A stretch of DNA of 64,000 nt, from the NCBI GenBank assembly GCA_030650275.1, contig JAUSEK010000015.1, positions 3,834-67,833 on the forward strand, written 5' to 3'. The notes under the pieces were generated by a model, which saw nothing but the letters and a program-made list of their open reading frames with translations, searched no databases and had not been told where the DNA came from. Of this stretch, positions 39,001 to 48,000 are shown piece after piece. The DNA is from Candidatus Omnitrophota bacterium (GTDB taxonomy: Bacteria > Omnitrophota > Gorgyraeia > Zapsychrales > Fredricksoniimonadaceae). Each line of letters opens with the position of its first letter. Within the stretch, counting starts at the first letter, position 1. The translations under genes were made by a program, and so were the position numbers.

Positions 39001-42000
39001 TGTGACAACGTAAAATAACTGCCTGTCGAATTATTGCTGTAAAAATCTATACCTCCCCTGACGCTGTTGACCACGCCGCCACCCGCTACGCTGGACAAAA
39101 CAGGAAACAATTGTGAAGAAGAAATCTTGGCTACCATAGAGCTCCTGCCCAACACTCCGACCACAGGACTTAAAGCCACCGACCCTCCGGCAAAGGCTGC
39201 CGTGAATTTCGCGTTCGACTGCGCGCCGCCGATAGCAGCGGCGACGAGTTCATAACCATTGAATCTCGCGCTGGGATCCAGCATATATTGTGCGGCATAT
39301 CCTACCCCGCCTATGCCGGCACCGATCGGGACTGCCCACGCCACGGCTTTGCCCACGCCTGATATTGCTTTGGCGGTTGTGCCCATCTGTGCTATTTTCC
39401 CGCCGGTGGCTATTTCTCCGATACCGGTCACCATCAACGCCGTTGTCACAATACCAAAGGGGGTGGGATTTGTTACGTCGATAGCGTCCAATGTGTTATA
39501 GGACAGCCCCGTCCATTTGTGTCCATATACCTTAAGGGTGGTCATGGAACCGTTGCCCCAAATACCATTGGAAAAAAGAGCGCTGATGACACCGTTTCCT
39601 GTGTGGTCCTGCGTTATTCCGTGTGCGGTGGCTATCCACGATGTGCCATCGGCCGTTTTAAAAGGTTTGGTAGTTTCTCCCTCAACAACATCTTGCAATG
39701 TATTCAAATCCATGACATTGATGTTCTTCTGGACATGCTGTTCTGCCTTGGCAGATGCTTGCAACCAAGAAATCCCCGCCATATTCACTGCCATCATTGT
39801 CGGGAACACATTATTGAGCGCCAAATCTGTCGCGCTTCCCGTCTTTTCTGTGATCACATAGTGATCGTAATTGCCGGCGATCTCGCGTTCCTGACCTGTA
39901 ACAAAGTCCTTGATCTTCGCGTTAGTGATCGTTCCGTCATGTGCGACGTCCCTTATGACCGACCGCAGAAGCTGGCGGTTATCTCTATCTTGTGAGTCAT
40001 ACAGATTCCGTACTTCGTGGACATCCTGAACTGGATTGCCTAGTTTGTCATAACCGCGGCTTGTGACTGTGCTGATACGTTCAACAACGGTGCCGTTATT
40101 ATTCAGAACGGCATTTTCCGGGATCACCCGTGTGGAGGGGTGCGCATCATCCACAACACCGATAACTTGCGCATCTCCTTTACTGTTCAAAGCAAGACGC
40201 ACATCCCTTTGGGGGACATAATCGGAAGACGCATTCAGTTCGACGAATTGTATGCCTGCTCCGCCGGTATCAGCAGTTATGGAGTTGTTATAGTCCTTTT
40301 GCAACGCATCGACCTTGGCTTGTGCCAGTTTCAGTGCGGTCCCGTCACCCGTGTCGTCAACATATTCCTTGGATACGGTCCTTCCGTCGCCCGTCTTTAT
40401 CTCGATCGCGTATTTCTTGCGCGAAGAGGTTTCCGTCCCGATCAAAGCTCCGTCCCTGTCAAAACCCACGTTCTGGATACGGTTTTCACCATTGCCTATA
40501 AATAAATTGACCACCTGTCCATCCTGGACTTCTCCTCCGGTGTATCGGATTTTATGGACCTGATCGGGAGATGCTTCGATCTCATTGCCATTCCTGTCTT
40601 GATAAAAGACCTTGCCCTCGTCATTCTTTTTTTCATACCCTGGGTAGGAGTCTTGGTCCCCCAGCCGTACAATGGTCTCTACGAACGTCCCGACCTTTGA
40701 CCCGTTCGCATAAACCACATCCTGACCGTTCTCATTCTTAACAATGGCTGCTTGATGGCGGCCGTCGTACATCAGATCCGTGGTTTGCGCGACAGTTCTA
40801 CCGTTGAGGTGTTCAATATTCACGTGGGCAAAGATGGAAACGGGCTTTCCATTACTGTCGAGGGCTTCCCTGCTTTCCCAATAGCTGCCTCCAAGCGATA
40901 CCCTGTCATGACCCGAGATGTCCTTATAAAAATACGCGTCCACTTTTTGACCATTGACGATCGCCTTGGGGGCGCTCACGTCCGTGGTCCCGTCTTCTTT
41001 GATGGAAACAATGTATTCAACCGGAACGCTTTCATCCGGCGGCTGACTGCGCGGAACAATGACTAGCTGGCCTTCTGCGCCGCGGCGGGTCTCCGGCGGA
41101 GCCAAAACGCTGGAAGGCAGTGAATCAATTTTATGGATCGTGTTCCCCCTAAAGCTGTCCGTCGGCCCCAAGACCATCTGGCCTTTATCATTGATGCCGG
41201 AGGGAATAAGGGCATAGCTCAATTGATCGTTTGTTGTGCCCACATTGAACAAACGTGTATTCGGGCCGTATGGGGATGAATTGAATTCCTGCCCTTCTTT
41301 CCCTTTGTATTTATCCTTGATCGTATTTCTGGAGCTGCTTTCCCCTCCGGCATTGGCTTGCTCTTGCGTAGACCCGCTTAACTCGGGATGAAGCAGCGTG
41401 CCTTTAACCAAATTCAAGGCATATTTGTTTCGGCCCTCGACGCTCACCAGCCGGGTACCGGATATGGCCGCCGTATTCTTACCAGTAATGAACGTGCCTT
41501 CAGCCGCGGGGGCAGCGGCCCAATCCCATTGCCCGTCTTGAGTGGCAGCCCTTCCATGCATTTCCAAATCTTTAAGATATCCTAAGACCCTGGCAGTTCT
41601 CTTGGTCTTCTCGTCCGTCTTCTCTATAACACCGGGCATATCGGCTTTGATCTCACGGTCGTCCGCCTTCCATCCATTGCTCCACCGGATATCTCCACCG
41701 GAATGACGGACGAGGAACATCCCATCTTGAGCATACGCGGACAGGCTTTCCGTATGATAATATTTGTTAGTAAGAGGATTTTCATTCGGCGAGCCGTCTT
41801 TATTCAACGCGCCGGTCTTCTCATTCGTCACCGGCAGAGAATTATCACGCGTGATCCCGCGCGCGTACGCGACAAATTCGGGATTTTCTTCGAGGCCGTT
41901 GGGTGTCAGGGCAACTCGTTGTATGGCATTACCGCCGGGAACTTTGTCATCCACAACGCTGAACGCCTGTTCGTTGACAACTTTCACGCCAAAGATATCA

Positions 42001-45000
42001 TGATCGGCCTTCAGTTCGCCTATTCCGGCAGGGTCCTTGCTATTGAGCTTCTTATTTGACTCTCCGCCTCCGGCCAACGGAGCGATCGAAGAAAGGTTTA
42101 ACGGCGCCATGCTGCCCTGGGGGTTTGCCTGCGGGGTCACCAAAAGCCTGACCCGCCCATCTTCAGTCATCCCGACAGCCATTCCCTCTGCTGTCCTGTC
42201 TTTATCAAATCTCCGTCCCCATTCTGTGGGTTTCATCAAATCCTTATTATTGACTTCATACCCGGCTTGTATCCCCCTGACCCGTTCGATCTGATCCTCA
42301 TGCGCTATAAGCACCGCGCCTTTATCAAAACCCATGTCCCCTTTCAACGCGACATCTATCAGATCATTACCCTTATATTTCCATTGCTTTGTGTTTTTAT
42401 CGAATGCGAATCTATCCTCCGTGCCCATCATATGGGCCTCTCCAATGCCGCTGACAAAACCCGTTACCGGTTGGGCGATCTGGATCTCTGTTGCATTAAT
42501 ACTATTCACTACGTCCGTTTTTGTCGATCCCGCTCCGAAACTATATGCCCTTGCTCCTGTTTTTTCGTCCGCAATATTGAGGCCACCCGTGACAATATCC
42601 TGGTTGGGCTTCAACATGACCCCGCCCCTGCCCTCATGCCTGATGCCATTCTGGTCTGTGCTGGCCCATTGCCAAGGCACAATGACCGTCGGTTTGTCCT
42701 TCAATGTGATGCCGCGTTCGGCAATATTGCCGTAGAGCGACACAAAACTTTCCCCAATGAACACGGAATCGAATTTGCCGCTGACCTCATTAACGTAGCC
42801 GTCTAATATGGGAGAGATCGTGACCTGCGCGTTTTCACCGGCGGACAAGTAGTCCTGTTTAATATTATCGGGGTTTTGATCGGCATTTTGAACACTGTTG
42901 TTCTCATTCCCGCCGGAAGACAAATTATTATTGGGTTGCTGCGCCTTTGCCTCCAAGATCGTTTCAATGGTTCTGTTGCCGCCCACCTGGTCTATCCCCC
43001 CGAATTTCATACCGCCTTCCAGCATGTTCAACTGCCAGCCCGTATGGACCTGTCCTTCGGGATTGGCCTTGTCCATCATGTCGCGCGTTATACTTTGGAT
43101 CCAGATGGAATCCAGATGGGTGTTGCGCTCCCCTTCCGATGCCGTGGGGCTTGAATATAAAAGTCCTTTCGCGTCCGCGTAACCCTCGCCGGCATTGGCC
43201 AGAGCATATTTGGACGCGCCGAGTCCGGCGATCTCGGAAAATCCATTTTCCTTCAAAACCCTGTTGATCTCCCGAAGTTTATCACTGTTGAAAAGCAGAT
43301 CGTCGCTTGTCTTGGCGATCGTGGTGCGGTGCACGTCCAACACGCGGCGGTCTGTTGTGCTTTCAGGCAATTCCCATGAACCGTTTTTCCACTTAAAGGT
43401 CTCTCCATTCTGACCTTTGATGGCATAGGCATCCACAATTTCGACCATGTCCATCTGGCCCGCATAGTTCCCCTGCCGGTTCACAGAAACCTTTGTATCC
43501 AGCTTGTACCGGGTAATATCAGCCAGTGAAGACGCCGTCGGCGTTGCTCCATTGAGACCGGTACGATAGCGCACCAAATTTCCATCAGCGTTCTGAGTGG
43601 TGCTGATCACACTGTTGTGCTCCACCTGGTTGACATATTCGTTCCCATTCCATACCGGCGCATGGTTCGGATTAATGCCCCCGTTCTGGTTAGAATACAC
43701 GACGCTGCCATTGCCGAATTCAACCTGAAAGTCCTTGACGGCGATTTGGGCGGTTGGGGTTTCTGGGTCCAAATGCAAAACAGCCAGTGTCGGGTTGATC
43801 TTTAACAACAGATCTTTGCTCAACAGTCCGTACCGGGCCACGGTCATGGCCGCGTCTCTTCCGCCCCCGCCTGTTTCATCCCCGAAAGACCGATTGAACA
43901 TAAAACTGTTGGTTATCCCGCCAACGTCCCTGTTAGCATCATTGCGGACCAAATACCCGGAAAAATTCATTCCTTGAATTCTATCGTTCTGGGTGGTCAC
44001 TTCCATTTGCGTTTGTTTTTGAGCGAACAAAACGAAACTTGGAGCTTTGACCGTTGGTGTCTTGTCATCGCCGGAGAAATTTAATTTAATATTGCTGAAA
44101 CCAGGACCTGCTGGTGTTGCCTGTCCGGTCGGTGCAAAAAGATTGCCATATAAATTTTTTTGCGGCTGTTGTGGGTTATACACTGCCCCGCTGCCCAGGA
44201 AAGCCCCGCTACTTTCTATATGTCCACCATCCTGAACAAACGTACGCACAACAGAATCATTGTCCGATAAGTCGATTTTATATGTCCTGGTTGCCGTGCC
44301 GTCTTTTTCGCTTACGTGACTGGGAGACCCCAAGGTCACAGCCTTTAATGTATTAAATTGAAATGTGGTCGTACCAGTCCTGCTGACAAACGCCTGTGTC
44401 TGATCAAAAAACTTCTTCCCGTCTTGTCCAGTTAAGGCGGCCAGAGTTTGTACCGTAGAATACGGCCTGTCCTTCAACAGAACCGGCTGAGCAACCGTCG
44501 CAATGTCTCCCAAAAGAGATCTAACGATCCAGTCCTTATAATCACTCGTTCTGGCCAAAGGATTGTACGTTCTTTGTGTTTCATAAACCACGCCGCCCGT
44601 ACTTCCGGAAGAGACGAAATCAATTTGCGATGCAACAGAGCCCTTGGGGACAATCTGCTCCTTGCCATCTTCGGTTTTAATAGTTTCATTATTTAGGGTG
44701 TTGGAACGCTGTTGAAAAAGATTTGCTCTGGCATTCATCCCAAGCCATGCGCCTGTAGTTTCTTCATCACCAAGCGATGCGGCTCTAACCATTTCATCAA
44801 AATCGCTTTGACTACCCTTCTTCTGCTCCGTGTTTCTAATGGCTTGAACATCTTTGAAAATGTCCTCCGCATTGCCACCGGTAAATTTGAGAGAACCATT
44901 ATGATTTTTTATAACACCATTCTGATATGTAACTCCTTCATCGCCCGTCAAGGCACGTCCCTGCCCGCCAAAACCATAAAACTGAAGCAATATTTGCTTG

Positions 45001-48000
45001 CTGTCGCCCGCGCCCACGTATCTACTTAAAAGGTCCACGTTCCTATTGCCCTGGTTTAAGTGCGCGGTCGGGCCTTGGGAAGGCGTCCATGCGTAAGCAA
45101 CGTTTATGCCATGGTCGTCATTGCCACGAACGCTGATGTTTGTCCCCTGGCGCTGATAATATCCGAGTTCATCCAGGCCCAGAGGGCTTCCGCCGGTCAA
45201 AAGGACATCGGGTCCGCTTGTTAGGACAATGCTCCTGCCCTCTTTGTCTGTCACACCGTTTAAAATTTGACTGGATTCCACATTATTAAATTGCCAGATT
45301 CCTTTATAACTTGGCACATCCATCATGAAGTCCAATGTCTTTAACCCTTCGGTATCCGCAATATCAATCTTGGTCAAAGAATCATTGTTTTCGCCCCTGC
45401 CGTTGAATTTGCCGATGCCCCTTCCGACATACTGACCATTCTCTAAAGATTTGGCATAAACCAATTTAGTGTCGTGGCCCAAACTATTCACAGAGTGCCG
45501 AATTGTCCTGTAGATAAATCTCAAATCCATAAACTTCTTGGCACCGGCGCTTCTTTCATCCAGTTTTGCCGACACCGGAATTTCTATTGCCAGCGCCTTA
45601 ATGTTATCAATGACCGGATTGCCCAGAGAACTGATGACATGTTCCGTGTTGATGAGCCCGGGCGTCAGCAAATGGTTCTGGATGAGGGCGTATTGATACT
45701 GAAGTTCGAGGTCTTTCGGGGCAAGAGGGCCGCCGCCCTGATCATAGGTGGGAACGATGAGTCCGCCGGCCACGCGCGTATACGCGTTGACGTCGCCACC
45801 GGAGGCATGGTCGGCTTTAATGCTGTCACGCAGTTTATCCATCGCCAGCGCGTTCTGGGTGGTAAAGCCGGTGGCACTGCCGATCGTATCGCTGTAAGAA
45901 ACAAAACTTTTGACCGACCCCCAACTGCCGGTGCCGATGAATTGCTCCAGATACGGCGTGCCATACAAAGCATCCGTCCCCGGCTTCATATAGGTAAGGC
46001 CGGCCAGCCCCGCGGTTTGCCAAGGGCCCATTTTGGCACCACCCTGCGGTAGCGGCCCCACATTGCCCTCCGCATACCATTTTTCCTGTGCCTCTTGACG
46101 TTTCGCTTTCTCGTCCTTTACCGATTGGGGCTCTCTGTCCAAAGCAGTCACCAGCCCGCCCGCGGCCAAAGCCGTGGTGAAAAATAAAAGCGTGCGGATC
46201 TCCGCCTTTTTCTGGCGGTATGCGTATGATTTGTCATCCTTGCCGATTATAATCTGTTCCAACTGGTCAAGCCCCATGTACATCCCTGTGCGAACGGCAC
46301 CCTCAAGGAGCGCTCCTTCCAAGGACATCCGCCTGTCTTTGGACATCGCCGATTGCATCTCCAAACTCATGACCTGACTTAAACTCCTGGAGGCCGTGCT
46401 ATCGACCTTAAGGCCGGCCTTCAGCGCGAGCAACCTCACGCCCATGCCCGAAAATTGCCCGACCATGCCGGGCAATTCATTCCTCAAACCCGCGCCCATG
46501 GCAGCGCTGAAACTGTGGGGCACCCACTCACGCGGCGTATTTTTCAACGCACTGTTGTATGCTTCATTCGCGCCCGCATTCCACTCTTGCCGCTGATTGT
46601 TATCAATGGCTGGTCCGGTATGGTCGGCCTCATACTTGGCTTTGGCGTCCGCGGCCGCTTTCTCATCTTTCCAATGCCCCAAATCCTCAAAATCTTTAGT
46701 GCCGTGCATCATTTTATCCGTGACCTCGGCAAACGCCGTCAACGCCATGCTGGAGGCCAACGAGGAAGCCACCTGCGTGACCGCTTCCTTGATGATCGCG
46801 CAGGCCCCGTTGGAATCCTTGCAATCCATGGCCTTGTCAATGGCCCTGACCACCAGATATTCCGCCGTGCCTTTGACCGTCCCATACATCATCCCCTTGG
46901 CAAAGCCCTTGGAAAATACAACAATGGCCTGCGACGTAGTCATTGACGGCACTACCGGCACCGGCGGGACCTGCGGCACGGAAACCGGCGCTGATCCGGG
47001 AACCGCCTTGGAACCAAAACCAAAAACACGTTTAATGCCGCTTGAAATTTTATTAAAAAAAGTATTGATCTTCTGGCCCAAACTGGCAATGAAGCCCAAA
47101 AATCCCGTAGGCGCCGGAGGCGGAGGCGGCGGGGTCACCCCGGTCGCCGGACCCGTGACGGCCCCCATCCCGTAAGTGATGCCTGCCGAAAGGGCCGTGC
47201 TTAAAATAAACGCCCCCACCCCGTTGCACACGCCCGCCTGCACACACATCGTCGCGATGGCTTGGGAGATCTGCGAAGCCGTCATGGAAATAGCAAAAGC
47301 CATGGCCACATCAGTGCCGGCTTTGGCGGCGGTGCCGATACCGGCGGTGACCAGGGCAAGCCCCACATTCATGCCGATCTGCCCAAGGGCCGCTTTCCAG
47401 GTCAGGCCCGGCAGATCTTTGGAATTGTCGCGCCACCTGTCCCCCCAGACAAACGCCCTCAACGGCTCCGGCACTTCTTCAAACGCGATGCCCGCGGCTT
47501 GCCCTGAGCCTGGTCGAAGGGCCTTCACATCCTTGATATAAACGAACCCGTCAAATTTTTGAATGAACTCCTGTGCCGGCAAAGAACCCGCGATGCCGAT
47601 ATCATTAAAATACACCGTATCGTTCTTGACCGCGGTCACGGTCACAAAATGCTCATCCTGTAAATGGGCCAGAAATGGCGTTGGCAATTTGACCACATCC
47701 GCGGGTGTTATCTTCACGCTCTGATAAGAAACGCCCAGCGCCTGCGCTACTTTATCCAGAGCATACAGCGAAGTTTTTAATTTCAGATCACCAACCTTGA
47801 TGACATCGCTGACCAAGTCCACCGAAACAGTCAGCACAGCCAATTCTTCCACCGAACGCACAACGCCTTCGTGGTCCAAAATATCTTTCAGGCCGTAAAC
47901 AGCGCAATTAAAAGGATGGATCCCGGGCTTGCCCAGCCATTCGGTAATGGCGCGGATGCGTTCGCGGGTGAACGTGCCATTGGCCTCCAAAAGCAGCGCT

